Shown piece by piece: positions 42,030 through 55,864 of a stretch of DNA of 64,000 nt (positions are counted from its first letter, which is position 1; each line of letters opens with the position of its first letter). The notes under the pieces were generated by a model. That model saw only the letters and a list, made by a program, of their open reading frames with translations. It ran no database searches and had not been told where the DNA came from. Source of the stretch: the human T2T-CHM13v2.0 reference genome, Homo sapiens; assembly GCF_009914755.1 (NCBI RefSeq), contig NC_060926.1; one strand, given 5' to 3'. The position numbers and the translations under genes are program-made.

Positions 42030-43459
42030 GAAAATTCATATTTAAAAACTGTTGTTACAGACACCAGGTTTTTAGAAACCAATGACAATTAACAACACCT
42101 TCCCCTACCTCTTTTTGCTTATATATCACAATCTCATTGCATTGAAACAACTCTTTTGCAGTTGAAGAATATTTGCCAGTTTATGGTGGTTGATCTTTTA
42201 AAAATATATAGCACGTAATTATTATGACTATTTCAACAATGAACAAAGTAGTTACGTACTGGTGTCTTGTGTTTAGCAGTTTTCTAAAATACAACTTTGT
42301 GTGCAGACTAACATGATAACTGAGTCAAATAATCGTCTGCAAAATTCAATTTATTTTTCACAATATTCTCAGTTGTTTTTATTACTTAGAGATAGCAATT
42401 CAAATTATTTTTCTACACAAGACATCTACATTATTGCAATTGTAAATATACCACAATATACATAATTTAAGAGGTATTGTACTGAGATTATTTGTGTCAT
42501 TTCAGATGAATTCCTCTTTTTATTGGCCTTAAATATTAGTCTTCTTTAATACATTTATAATATTTTTCCATTTCTGAGAAACTAATAGTAATGAAGCCAC
42601 AGGTTTTATTAAATGATCCTATTGCCAAATGACTTTTATTTATTTAGAGTGTACATACTGAATAGTATATAATTTTTCTTTATGTTGCAATCATTTCTAC
42701 TCTTTTAAATGTCTATTAATGTAACATAAACGCATAACTCAAAATAATCATTTAATATTTTCTTCTCATAATAATAAAGGTCCTAAATTATTACCAAATG
42801 ATTTATTACAATCACAATAGTCTTGCGAAGTGCGTAAAGGATCTAAAGGTAAAGAGTGAAAAATGACACCAATAGCATTTACTCTTTTGCATGAGAAATA
42901 ATCAAAAAATAGAGTTGATAGCAGTTAAAAGCACTTCATTTTGACCTTCAAAGTTACTCTTTTATTATTGTTAGATATTAGGTAACAAAATACAAGTATA
43001 CTTTGAAGATTAAGCTTTCATTTTATTCTTATAATGAAAGGTAGCTACAATATTACCTGAACTAAGTTGTTTTTATAGGTGAGCAATAGTTTGCAACAAG
43101 TTCGTTTTTTGTTACCTACCTTGGTCAGGCCTGTTATTTCATATTCTATCACTAGGTTCAATGAAATATTTTAAATGTATTTTGACATGTATTAAAAATG
43201 TCTAACTAAAATGTAAACACTTTCAGTTTACAATGTCTTCATGTAAATAATACAATATACTTTTCCTTTTTACTGTATATATAAAATGATGCACAGATGA
43301 CTCCAGGCAAATACTCGCAAGAAAGGAAATCAAGTGCTAGCTTTCTATACACTGAGGTTTATTATTCACCAGGCAGGAAGCTACAGGACTGTACTGGAGA
43401 TTGCAGACACCATACTGAAGGACTTTGTGACCTTCAATTGCTTTTTGACCCATATAAAA

Positions 43460-43550
43460 ATGTGTACATACATATATATACACACATATACATATAAAGC
43501 AACACACATACGTACATACCTGTATATATATATAAACACATCTACACACA
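43460..43550. repeat. (TA/CA)n tract
   Basis: Directly visible. Confidence 0.8.
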
Positions 43551-43628
43551 TAATACTCAATTTTTTTTGTTATTTCATCATGAAAACAATCTTTGCTGGA
43601 ATTTCTTTACTATACAATTCAGCCATTA

Positions 43629-43694
43629 TATTGGTGGAAGATTGGCCCTCTTTGAAACACATGTTGATGGAAGAATGGTCCTCTCTGAAACATA
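43629..43694. repeat. Two-copy 33-bp tandem duplication
   Basis: tattggtggaagattggccctctttgaaacaca / tgttgatggaagaatggtcctctctgaaacata, 27/33 identical. Confidence 0.8.
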
Positions 43695-44134
43695 ATCTCT
43701 GCTCTCCCACACCCCTATCCATTTCAACTGCAAAATACACTCTTGCATCTAGTGACTCTAACTAAATCTAAGCCTCATAAGACCAATAGGCTGTTTCTTT
43801 CCTGTATGGTGCCATCTGTCAGAAAAGTGGAGGCTGTCTCTGTTCTAGAAACCTACTGGTTCCTGGCATTGCTACCTGTCTCTCCACTTGAAGCTATAAA
43901 TAGCAATTTCCTGTCCTCCATGCCCTGTTGTGATGCCATATGTTGCTACACTCAGAGAAGGCCAAACAACTGCAGCCCAGCTATTGTTTATCAACACCCA
44001 ACTGGCAGAGATGAAATTGAACCAGCAGTTACTGTGCAACAACACAATAGATTTTCAGGATACTTCATTTGTCTATGCAGTTTTTGCTACAGATGCCATT
44101 TATTTTTGTAAACTACTTTTGGGGTCAAATAGCA

Positions 44135-44670
44135 CAACAGCACTGTTAGTTGCCTATTAAACATCCACTCTCTCTTTCTGCCTCGTTAATTAAACTACAA
44201 AATGTTACAGGTAACCAGCTTGGAGTGACTCTATTTCCAGCTCAGAGGTAAATTCTCATTAGTTGACATCCATCCTGGCCATCTCATTCCCTTTGCCTAT
44301 GATTGATTTAGCAATTGTTAAGTGACACAATTCCGATAAATTAGATGAAAGAGAAAGTCTACTGGGGGCTTCTAGAAAAGTTTCCAGACTTATCTAAAGG
44401 GACACACATAGGGAAGATATAGTCCCTTTTCCAACAATGAATGCTACAGTCTCCACAAATGAGGCTTAAAGTTGTGGCAGAATTGTAGTACTGTAACAGG
44501 AACTGGCCTCAAGTCAAAGTTGAGAATGACAGGACTGAAAGATTCTGGATTCATGACAAAATAGTTTAGCCATTAAATTAATCATCCTACATCTGAACAT
44601 CTTGAGGAAGATAATAATACATTTTCCTTAAATGATAAAGGTGGTAATGAAGTTTCTGTTGTGTTTGCAG
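44135..44670 (+). mobile_element. MaLR LTR (MLT1J-like)
   Basis: 'cattccctttgcctatgattgatttag...gtgacacaattc', 'gtctactgggggcttctagaaaagtttcc', 'tttctgttg'. Confidence 0.65.
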
Positions 44671-46104
44671 GAATTTTTATGTTGTTGGTTTATCTCCCTC
44701 TCTCTTTCATGATTGCCTAATTGGGAGATGAAACTATTGATCTTGCTACCTAGGCCATTCTGATGTATGAAAGCCTTCTTTTATGAGGGTTATAAAATAG
44801 TACAAATTCTTATTTTAAATATTTGAAACTCTACCGACAGAGTCTAACACCACAGTCCATTGACTATTGTGGGGATCAGGCTTGTTATATATTCCCAACC
44901 TTCTTATATGAAAGTTAAGTGGAAAGAAACATCAATATCTGAAAAGACTGAAAATATCTCAGGAGGCTATTCTTTATAAAATGATCAAGGATCTCAATTT
45001 CTTTACCCTCTGTGAACAATTAGAATTCTGACAGTAATCAGAATCAATATATATCCACTTATACCTCATCATCTCAACAAGAGTGAAACTTATGCTATTG
45101 CCATTGATTCTTAATATTTCTTGGTTCCTTTAATAGAATAGATAACTCAATTTGTTTGGAAGCCTCAGATTGGGTGAAGGCCAAAGTTCAACTTAATTTG
45201 TATTTGTAAATGAGTATAATTGAGTGGATACAGAATCTCTTTTCCGTAATTCTCACTCATCACTCTGTCAATCATCCCCTTTCCACCAAAACGGAAGCTT
45301 CTGTAGATGTTCGTCTACTTATGCAATTATTTATTGTGGCAAATAAATCTTAAATTTCTTTGTATAGTAAGTCTTTTAGGGTATGTTGGTTAAGGGTAGA
45401 GAGGTGTATTAGGATTTTTTTACCTCTTTTTTTGAAATGTAACTATTTTTAAACTTATATAACCCCTACAATTAATTTTTCTCTAAAACATTATCTGAAA
45501 GCTCAGATCTTCCTTCAAATCATGATAGTTTCATTCTATTATTATCAGCATTTAAAATCTTCAGCTCCTTTCCATCCTTTGTATATTTCCTTTTATGTAT
45601 AGATAGGATTTCCTGGATATGTTCCTCACTTACACAAGTTTAACTTCCAGCAGATTTTTTTTTTTTGAGTCCTAGGCGAGTGTGTTCTACTTTAGTTGTT
45701 CAGTTTTCTGTACTAATCAGTCTACTGTTTACGGCTTCAATCAAGGACTTGCATTTACCAATCATGTTTTTCATTTACATGTAATTATGCTTTATCTTAA
45801 ACGGATTTTTCTCCATAACTACTTTCTCTATTTTTATGAATACAGCATCTTCCTATATCTTTTAGGGAATATAAAAGAGACATTTTCTATGATTGCTTCC
45901 TGTTTCTTTACATATGTTTATTTGAGGAAGAAAGAGGATGAAGAAGAGCAAGAGAACAAGAGACTCTGTTCTCTGAAATTTAAATGTTTACCTGAGATCT
46001 GTAGTAATCTTTCAAACCTTAAATAGGTCTTGTACAATTTTGCAGTTTGCTCATTTGCAAAGTAATTCATTTTCTTGTTCTTAGAGGAAGCTAAAATGTG
46101 CTGG

Positions 46105-46820
46105 CTTTTACTTAACAATCTACTTGACAAATACTGATATGATACATGCTGGGTGCCTGGAACTCTTCTAATCTGTAGACATATGGCAGTGAAAAAAATC
46201 AGCAAAGATCTTAACTCTTGAAGCTGACATGATAAAGCAGCACTATCTATTAGAACTTTCTTTAATAACAGAAATAGTCTGTGCTGTCCAATATGGTACC
46301 CCCTAACCACATGTGTAGATTGAGGCAGAAGAGTCTTAAATTTCCATTTAATATGGCTAGTGTGACTGAAAAATTATATTTAAAATTTTATTTAATTTAA
46401 ATTTCAATAGCCACATGTAGCTAGTGTCTACATACAAGACTGCTCAGGTTAGGCTGTGAAAGACAGATGATAAATAAGTAAAGGAAAAAGGTATTTTCTG
46501 ATAAGGAGTTCTGAGAGAAAATTGAGATAGTGAAAGAATATAGACAATGATTAGGATGGAAGGCCTTACAGTCCTTAGATTGTATCATAAGAACAATCTC
46601 TCCGTAGAACTAAGAAGTGAATTAACATCTGAATGATACAGAGTTACCTGTTCAAAAATTTACTGTAGAAATATTCAAGCAGAACGGAAGCAAGAGCAGA
46701 AGCCCTCAGGTAGAAGCATCAGGGGATTCAGGAACTAAAAGAACAGCATGGCTGGAGTAGTGAGGAAGAAGAATAAAGTTTGAAGCAGCAGCTGGTACAT
46801 ACAGAGCCTGGTAGCCACTT
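46105..46820 (-). mobile_element. L2a 3' fragment interrupted by MER3
   Basis: 'gggtgcctggaactcttcta...atatggcagtgaa', 'tattcaagcagaacggaagcaagagcagaagccctcagg', 'gcatggctggagtagtgagg'. Confidence 0.65.
46238..46447. mobile_element. MER3 hAT-Charlie MITE
   Basis: 'ctgtgctgtccaatatggta...ccacatgtg', 'atggctagtgtgactga', 'aatagccacatgtagctagtg'. Confidence 0.8.
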
Positions 46821-47654
46821 CATTTTATACCACGTACCATTCTTCATACAGATAGATTTGATGAGTTTCTAAGAGGAAAGAGACATCTCAGAGTAGGAAG
46901 TATGGGAGAAAATGATGATATGTCTTAGAGTTTTCATCAAGTTTATAATAATTCACTTGTGAAAGAGTCTTTTGAAGTTCACAAATAATAGCTGTTAGTA
47001 TGAGCTCTCAGAGATGGACGTAAGATTAAAAATATTTAGAAATTTGACAAATTTATTCAGAGAACCTGTGAATCAATAGTCAATGTTCTCATCATATTAC
47101 TGCAGAAGATGATTTTGGATTTTTTTGCATTATTTTCCTTATCTTCTTTTAAAACATGTTAGTGCAAAGCTATCAAATAGAAGAGCTTGGAAATACAATG
47201 TATGTTTATGAAGACATATTACTCATAAAATTTCAAAAAACAGGGACAAATAATTGAACATCCATATTTTTTAGATAAATAAAAGTTTCAGTGGTTGATA
47301 ACTTACAGATTTTAATGCTAAGTGCTAAAAGTGGGACTTATAATCTGGGTTCAGTCACTCTCTGTTCACTTTTTCCTCAAACAATAATGCAACAACACCT
47401 TCTCTGTGTTATCAGTTAACCTTAAAAGATACTTTTCATAAAGAAGCATAAATATCCTGGTATTTAATACAAAAATACTACTAATTTAATTAGAAATATA
47501 ATTTTTTGATATTAAGAGTAAGGTTAAAATACAGTCGAACATTTTCCTGGTATTTTATTATGGTTTAAAACTTCGTCTTTAGACTAGACATAGAGTTAAC
47601 CCTATGTCTATGATTACTATATTGAATAAGGTTCCATATGACAGCTTTAAACAG

Positions 47655-47800
47655 TTGTATATCTATATCATGTATATATATGTATATATCTTTATATACA
47701 TACATGAGTATGTATATACATAAGTATGTATGAGTTTATATATGATTGTATATGTATTTGTGTTGGGGTGTGTGTGTATATATGTATGTATGTGTGTGTA
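47655..47800. repeat. (TA/TG)n tract
   Basis: Directly visible. Confidence 0.8.
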
Positions 47801-49034
47801 TAATAAGCTTCTTTCAAAATTTTATAAACCATGGCTGCGGGAAAAGTCGCCCGACACTTGGCTTTCATTGCAACCACATTCAAGGGTATGCATGTCATAA
47901 ACACACTCTACCATACAACCATACACCTCATCTTGAACAAGTTTGCTACATAATTATATAAGCATTTGACATATTTCACCTGTATTTCCTTGTCTAAGAC
48001 AGCCAATAAGGCCTCTGATACTTGTGTAGAGTTAATGCTCTCTCCTAGCTTCTGTGGAAAGACACACAACTACTACTGGGTATAAGCTGTTCCAAGTGAG
48101 GCCCCTACAGCTAAAGCTTCATCAGCTGCATAACTATTGTACTGTTTACTTTTTTTAGTCATCACAGTCATGTTCCCTATTGTCTTGAAAGGCAATTTGG
48201 TCACTAACTTGATTTTGAAGTTTCATCATCTTTTTCAGCACATTTTTATTCCTCAGAATATTGAAGATAATATTTTTCAGAGTTCATCAATATAAGAATC
48301 ATGGAATTCCATGCTGGCACTGTAGGCAATGGTGGCATCTAAGTCTTGTTAAAAGTTTGTATAATTTCTCCTAATATCGGGTAACAAGAAAAGTAACATG
48401 GATGATAAAAGAGGTAATTTGGGGATTAGAGAAAATATGGGTGTGTTGGTGAAGAACTAAGAGGCAGGAACAATATCTTTGATAGATTCAATTACAGTCT
48501 CATGTTGACTTCCTCTGAGCATGGAGAGTGTACCCAGCTAACACTTGCTCATGTGTAGTGCTTTCATTTTTTTTTTTTCTGAAAAGATTCCCAACTACAG
48601 TATGGCTGGGGCTCTGTTTTTCATCTGGCTGCCTAATTCAAACAATGTCCACCTCGGGTTATAAATACAGTAATAACATCCAGTTTATTTCTATTAATCC
48701 AGCCTGGTCCTTATCTTCAGGACCTTCTTCTATTCTGCAGAGTGAAGCAACACATTCTTAGCTCAGCTCTTACTCCACTACTGAGGCCACTTCAGCCATG
48801 TTCTTTCCTGAATATTTTTTAGGCAAGAATTGGATTAGACAGCTGTCCTACACGAGTTCCCTGGGAACTATATCAGGTTTTTTCTGGGGGCCTCGTAAAA
48901 CTAAATGCCACAATACTCAATGGCTTTTTTTACAAACAACAATAACAACAACAAAAGAAAACTCAGCACTTTACATCTTCAGCTTTGGCTGGTTCTCCAT
49001 TATTAAGGTGCAAGGTGTTCTTCTAAGAATCACA

Positions 49035-49340
49035 AAAAAGTATCTATTTATTAGGAAAGTTGTTTGACAGTGTTATGCAAGTCTTATATCCTTATTGATT
49101 TTCTGTCCACTTGTACCAATTGTTATGTTAGGGTTGTTGACATCTTTGACTACAACTGTGAATTTGTCTACTGGAGAAACGTTTTGTTCCTTGTATTTTG
49201 AAACTCTAGTATTCAGTGCAAAAGAATACTCAGGATTATTGTTTCCTCTACACTAAAATTTTCCTTTATAAATAAGAAATGAGCTCTTACCTCTGGTAAT
49301 ATTATTTGATCTAATAGCCTGTGTCTCATAATCATATACC
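49035..49340 (-). mobile_element. Ancient L1M ORF2 (endonuclease-region) fragment
   Basis: 'caagtcttatatccttattgattttctgtccacttgt', 'aactgtgaatttgtcta'. Confidence 0.6.
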
Positions 49341-49359
49341 CCAAATAGCTGTCTTTATT

Positions 49360-50215
49360 TAAATAAACTTTTTATTTTGGAATAATTTTATATTTACAAA
49401 AATGTTACAAAGACAGTACACAATATTTCTCTATACTCTTCATTTAGCATCTCCTAATGTTAAGATCTTATATTACCTTGATACATTTATCAAAACTAAG
49501 AGATTAATATTGGTTTATTACCATTAACTAAACACCAAACGTTTTTAGGTTTCACTAGTTTCACAAGTAATGCCATTTCTGTATTCCAGGATTCAATCCA
49601 GGATACCACATTGCATTTAATCATCTTGTCTCTTTGATCTCCTCTGATCTGTGACAATTTCTTCATCTTCCCTGTTTTTCGTAATCTTTATTGTTCTGAA
49701 GACAGTTTGGTGAGTTATTTTGTAAAATACCCTTCATTTTTAGTTTCTTTAGTGATCTCTTTATTTTTAGACAGAGGTTATAGGTTTTGGGGAAGAAGAT
49801 CACAGAGGTAAAGCACTCTTCTCATCATATCAAGTCAGAGATACAAAACATCCACACGATATTCCCAGTAATATCAGCCTTCATCATTTAGTTAAGGTGG
49901 GGCTAAGGTAGGTCTGCTGAGTCTCTTAACTGTAAAGTTACTATTTTTCTCTTCACACACTCTATTCTTTGGAAATGAATATCAGGTCCAGTCTACACTC
50001 AAGATGGGGGTGCAGGTAAGGTGTGCTTAATTCCATCTCTTGGAGAGAAGAATATCTATATACATTATTTGGAATCTCTAAGGAAAACTCGTCTCTTTCT
50101 CTTTGTTCATTTAGTCATTCCTTTATTTATGTTGCAATGGACTCATATATATTTACTTTATAGTATGTTTTACAGTCAATACTTTGTTGTTTATTATTTT
50201 ACTCTATTCTTTTAC
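49360..50215 (-). mobile_element. L1MC4-like 3' end
   Basis: 'ttttattttggaataattttatatttacaaaaatgttacaaaga', 'ccaggattcaatccaggataccacattgcattta', 'actgtaaagttactatttt'. Confidence 0.75.
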
Positions 50216-50249
50216 CTATGTTCGTAAGAGAAAATGTAGGTAATTGATT

Positions 50250-52222
50250 TCATGACTTTCTTCTTTTCTAATATAAGCAGTTAATGTTGCACTTATCATT
50301 TTATCTTTTTATGCAATGCTTTAGTTGTGTTTCACAAATGTTGATTTTTTAAAATATTCATCTAATTCTAATTCTAATTTCTCTTTTGATTTATTCTTGA
50401 CCCATGCATCATTTGAAAGTGCAACTTTTAAGTATTTGGAGGACTTACCAAATAAATACTCATTATTGATTTATAATTTAATTCCATTATGAACAGAAAT
50501 AATATTTCTTGTACTTTCATCATTTAAATATATTAAGGCTTATTTTATGGCCAAGAATATGGCTCATCTGAGTGATAAATCCACATACGCTTAAAAAGAA
50601 TGTCAAGTAGGGGATAGGACAAGTATCCTAAATGTCAATCAGGTCAAGTTGGTCTTCACTATTCTTCAAGTCTTTCACTGCCTTATTGATTATTTTGTCT
50701 ACCTGTTCTGATAATTAGTATTGTGGATTTATCTGTTTTTTAAAAATTCTATCAGGTTTTGCTTCATGCATTTTGAGCTCTGTTCTTTTATTTTATTTAT
50801 TTTATGGCCAGTGTTTGCTCTAGATTTTAGAATATACACATGTAATTTTTCACAGTCTACCCACAACTTCATGTATAGGTAGTATAAGAAACACAGTAAT
50901 ATACTTACATTGTCCCCTCCTGATATTTTGTAACAATGTTTGTGCATTTTCATTTTGCATGTATTATAAACCCTATATTGTATTATTAATTACTCAATTA
51001 TCTTTATCTCTAATATTACGGTTACACATATGCTTTACTGCTTGATATCCCACTGGTCATGGAGGTTATATTAATTTGGATTCAGTCTTTTTTCTCATCA
51101 TGCTTCATTTTTTGTAAAATCTATTGCTATATCTCCGAGTTTACTCGCTTTTTCTTCTTTAGTGTCTAAACTTCTTTTAATATAATATAATGTATTTTTT
51201 AATTTAAGATATTATTTTTTTATCTCTAGGACTTCCGTTTTGTCTTTTGAATATCATCTATTTCTCTCCTCATCATGTATACATTTTCCTTTGTATCTTT
51301 GAATATATTAATGATATTTATTATATAAGTTTTAAAGTCTTGTCTAATCATTTCACCATCCTCACTATTTTCTGGTTATTTCTGTTGATAGCTACTATTT
51401 TTACTCCTTGTTATGGATTATAGCTCTCTATTTCTTTGCATATTGACAATTTTTTAATTGGATACCAGGTATTGGAATTTTACATTTAGCTACAGAAGTT
51501 CGTTGTATCCCTTTAAAAAGTACTGAGTTTTGTCTCGGTACATGGTTCAACTACCTGTAGATGTGTTTGATTTTTTTCAAGGCTCTTTTTAAAGTTGTTT
51601 GTTCATTTTTGTTTCTAATAGTGGCTCTAGAGCAGCCTTTATTCTGGGTCTAATTAAACCTCTTTCTGAAGGCATATTGTTGAGGACTCTACCCAGTGCC
51701 CCAGGTAATTCAAGATCTTTACAATGTAGGAAAACAAATTGTTCCCAGCCTTGTTTGATCTCTGAGAATTGTTCATCCCACTGATTCTTGGTGGTTTTTT
51801 GCTCATCTGTGAAGGTTTCCTCTCACATGTGCACATCAGTAGCAAGACAGCATCATTTACAAACCCCATGGAAGATTTCAGGTGCTGTTTCTGTGAAGCA
51901 CCATTCTTTTTCTTATTTTACCCTGGAATTTCTCAGTATTCCTGAATTCTGATCTCTTCCACTTCAATTCAGGTACAACTGCTGGGATGCGTTTCAATTC
52001 TTCCTACCAGGGCTGTGGCCTGGAAACTACTTCCAAGTAATTAGGTGGGCAATAGTAGTATCTACTTTATTTATTTCCCTTCCTCAGGAATCACATTTGC
52101 GTGGTGCCTTTGTGTAAAATTGAAAAATTGTGGTTTCATATCCTTTATTTAGATTGCTAGTTGTTTACAGTAAGGGTCTAATTACTGTAGTAATTACTCA
52201 TTTATAAGTAGAAACAGAAGTT
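50250..52222 (-). mobile_element. Ancient L1 (L1MD/ME) ORF2 start, ORF1 and 5'UTR relics
   Basis: T-rich antisense L1 ('gacttatttatggccaagaatatgg'-like, 'aatgtcaatcaggtcaagttgg'), 5'UTR-type 'ctgtggcctggaaact', 'cagaag' terminus. Confidence 0.6.
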
Positions 52223-52704
52223 TTATGTAGTTCATCATCTAATGTGGTTTATTTAGAAATAAAGAACAAAAATTTTAATTATAAATTCATCTAACAAGCC
52301 AAATCACCCAGACAACACAAAACTAAAATTTGTAAAAATATTTGAATAACATTAAATATTGTGTCATATTGTACCAAAGAGTGTTTCATCACTTTTATTT
52401 ACATTAAATAAACATTTTAATTAACACCTTTTCATTATAATTGGTTTAAAGCAAGCTAACCATAATAAATGAATAACGGAACCCATTGAAACAGTTTTTT
52501 TCAATATTCCAGTTTGCTTATTTTCTCTCAAAATTATTTTTACACATAGAAACATAAGGAGAATTGCAAATGTATGCATTTCCAGAAAGTGTTCTAATAT
52601 TATTATATTTTGTTTTGAATACAACATAATAATTTAGACATGGCAGATTTTTAAAAATCATCAGCCACGAATATTGAAAAATTTACGTGTGATTCTGTAT
52701 GTTA

Positions 52705-53032
<328 letters not shown>

Positions 53033-55864
53033 GAGGAAATGGTGTTTTCCTCAGGTTTTCTACAGACTTTGAAACTCCTTTTGTCCTAATTATTTTACCC
53101 TTAAGATTATAACTCAAATGTAGTTATTTTTTTTAAATCATTGAATAAAGTTTTCATTTATACTTTCTTTAAAGTAATAATTTTGAAGAATATTTTAAAA
53201 ATAAAAAAATCCAATGTCATGGAGATGTTGCAAGATTTAATGTAGTCTATTGCATCCTGGCAGATATAAGAGCTTCTGTCCCCTTATTTATAAGGAAGAC
53301 ATTTTGGGACACTATATTGCCAAGCCATGATGCATTTCAACATGATCTCTAAAAATTTCTGGGCAAAAAGGTTGCAATGAAAGATTTTCTTAAACCATAT
53401 TCGCCATAGTACAACACTGTTGTATCAGAGTAAAGAGCAAAATTAATTTGGGAATTTATTTTTACCATTGATGTCTTTACCCTCAAAATGAGGGTAATAG
53501 GATCTTCCTACTTCTCAGATTTTAATGGAAATGTCCTCATGACAGCCTGACTAGAACATTAAAGATGACATGTTACAAAGGTGAAATTTTTATCTGCCAA
53601 TACACTATGCTCCAGGAAGGAACACTGTCTGTGATCCTTAAACAAGGATGACTATTTCCACTACTGTGTTTCCAAAATGTCATTTCTATGATTAGTATTC
53701 TCATTCACTACACTTTACCTTCCTAGTAGTATTGAAGATAAAACATATTACAGTGGTAATTTCCAGATAATTTACTTTGCTGAGATTCAAGATAAAAATA
53801 AACTCTACCTTATTAGCCTCCATCCTAGCAGCAGGGTAAAGAAATACAGCCACAATGCCACAGTGTGTAGTAATAAAACACTGTATTGTTTCAAAAGTGG
53901 TTTCCAAAGTTCAGGGAGGGAAATATACGAAATAAAATTATAGTTTTTAAAGAAAAAAGAAACAAAGCATATACAAAACCATCTCAGTCACAATCCTTCG
54001 CGTGGTCTCCGTGTTGTATGAAATAGGTAAATACGCCTCGCCTCTCATAGTGGCTTTCTTTGGTGTGTCACCAAGCAATGTGTAAGCAAAGCACTCAAAA
54101 TATGTTTCTTCATTCGTTGTCAAGTAAGATAAAGTGCTGAAACACACTTACAGACATGTAAGTCCAGATCAAAGCCTGATAAATATTATGAAAATTAACA
54201 ATGAAATTTTTTTTCTTTATTTAACCAATAATTTTGGTCAATATTATTATATCTTAGAAGTAGAAAATCCTAGGTGTTTAAGACTCAGAGTATCCAAAAC
54301 CTGTCCTACAGACACACATTTGAAAGGACACATATGGGAGAAGATATCCTGGATAAATTATCCAGGATAATTTATAATATGCTTCTTATAATATGGCTCT
54401 ATATAATTTTGAAGTAAAACCCATAATTCCAGTGAGCTGAACTTACTTGTATGAGTTCACAAGTACTGTATTGCCTAAAAATTCTAAGTAAGAATAAGAA
54501 AATTCTAAGTAAAAGTAAGCTGAGATACTCTTTGGTCTATTTATTTTGGAAGCCAATATATAAAAGTAATATTTTTTTTCTGTTGTGTATAAAAAATTGA
54601 AGAAACAAAATAAAATTGTGACAACTCTGAAACCAGGCACCTAGGATATAGTATCATGAATTTTATTTGCTTTTTAGCTTGCTCATTGCAAAATAGATCT
54701 TCCTATGAAAAAGGAAATACTCTCTGCAAAGTCAGTTGATGAAAATGAATTACAGTATTTCACAGATGTTTTCAATTTAAAATGGAATATTATGATGGTG
54801 CTAAAACTTTTTACCACCATTACTGTAATTTGCATACCATTACTGATGATGTTTATATTTTGATAGTTGAAATGTTTTTGAGCTCATCATAACCTAGTAC
54901 TAATGATTCTCAGTACATCTGTGGAAAACCAACATCTAGGCAGTTTTCTCCAGCTCAATCATCTTTGATGAGTTTGTACTGTCTTCTAAAATATTCAGCT
55001 AGGATTTTGTATGTACTTAAAGATTCTGCTTTATGTATACACAATCTGAAACTTAAATGGAAGGTAACAAATCAAAATTATGTGGCAACATATGAATAAA
55101 CTTGTATTCTGACATTTGTTTTAATAAAAGCATTTTAGTGAACTTATGCTATATTTTCAGGATAGCCAGATCATTTTATTGCTGAATTCAAGAGGAAACT
55201 GATGCTTTGTATGCAAACAATGAAGTAAATTACTCTTAATTCAGAACCTGAGGTTTAGAAAAAATAAAAATGCTGCAGGTGCCAATAAAATAAAGCGCTA
55301 TAGGAAATAATTTCAAATGTAAAATATTTCAGGAAAGACATTATCAGTAAAATTTATGTAGAAATTAAAGAGAGAAACCAAAGGTAACAAACAATTAACA
55401 GATGTATTTTTCATATAAATTACCATAAAGTGGAAAACTGAGGTCTCAGTGCATGGTTTCATTACCCATTACTTTAAAAATAAGGATAATTTTCAAATGC
55501 CTCTGAACTGTTCTGAGTAAAACTACACTTTTCAATTTCCTATTTTCCACATGACCATGAGAATGCCTTACCATTAACCACACACATAATGGTAACGGTA
55601 AAATTATCCAAGTAATATAACCCATTATGGTGCATTTTCTGTATAAACAAAGTTTCACTTGCATGAACCTTCTACACCAGTACCATATGGGTATGTGCTT
55701 AAAATCTCTAGTTTAAACAAGTCATATATGAATTACTTTTCATGTAAAAGAAGTTTATAGGGAGCCAGTAGAAAGCTAGTGTGTCAGCTTCCCAGTAAAA
55801 TGAGGAATCCAAGGTCTCATCGATTTGCTTTATCCCCAGTATATTGTTTCCCTAGTGTCCTGTT

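Noticed and set aside
43334-44160. 143-aa and 122-aa + strand ORFs
   Set aside because: Partly microsatellite-encoded (HTYT repeats), non-ATG starts, no homology or convincing exon structure
48655-48830. TATAAATA followed by an ATG ORF (48798)
   Set aside because: TATA-like words are abundant here; no CpG or promoter context, the ORF has no homology and runs into L1 sequence
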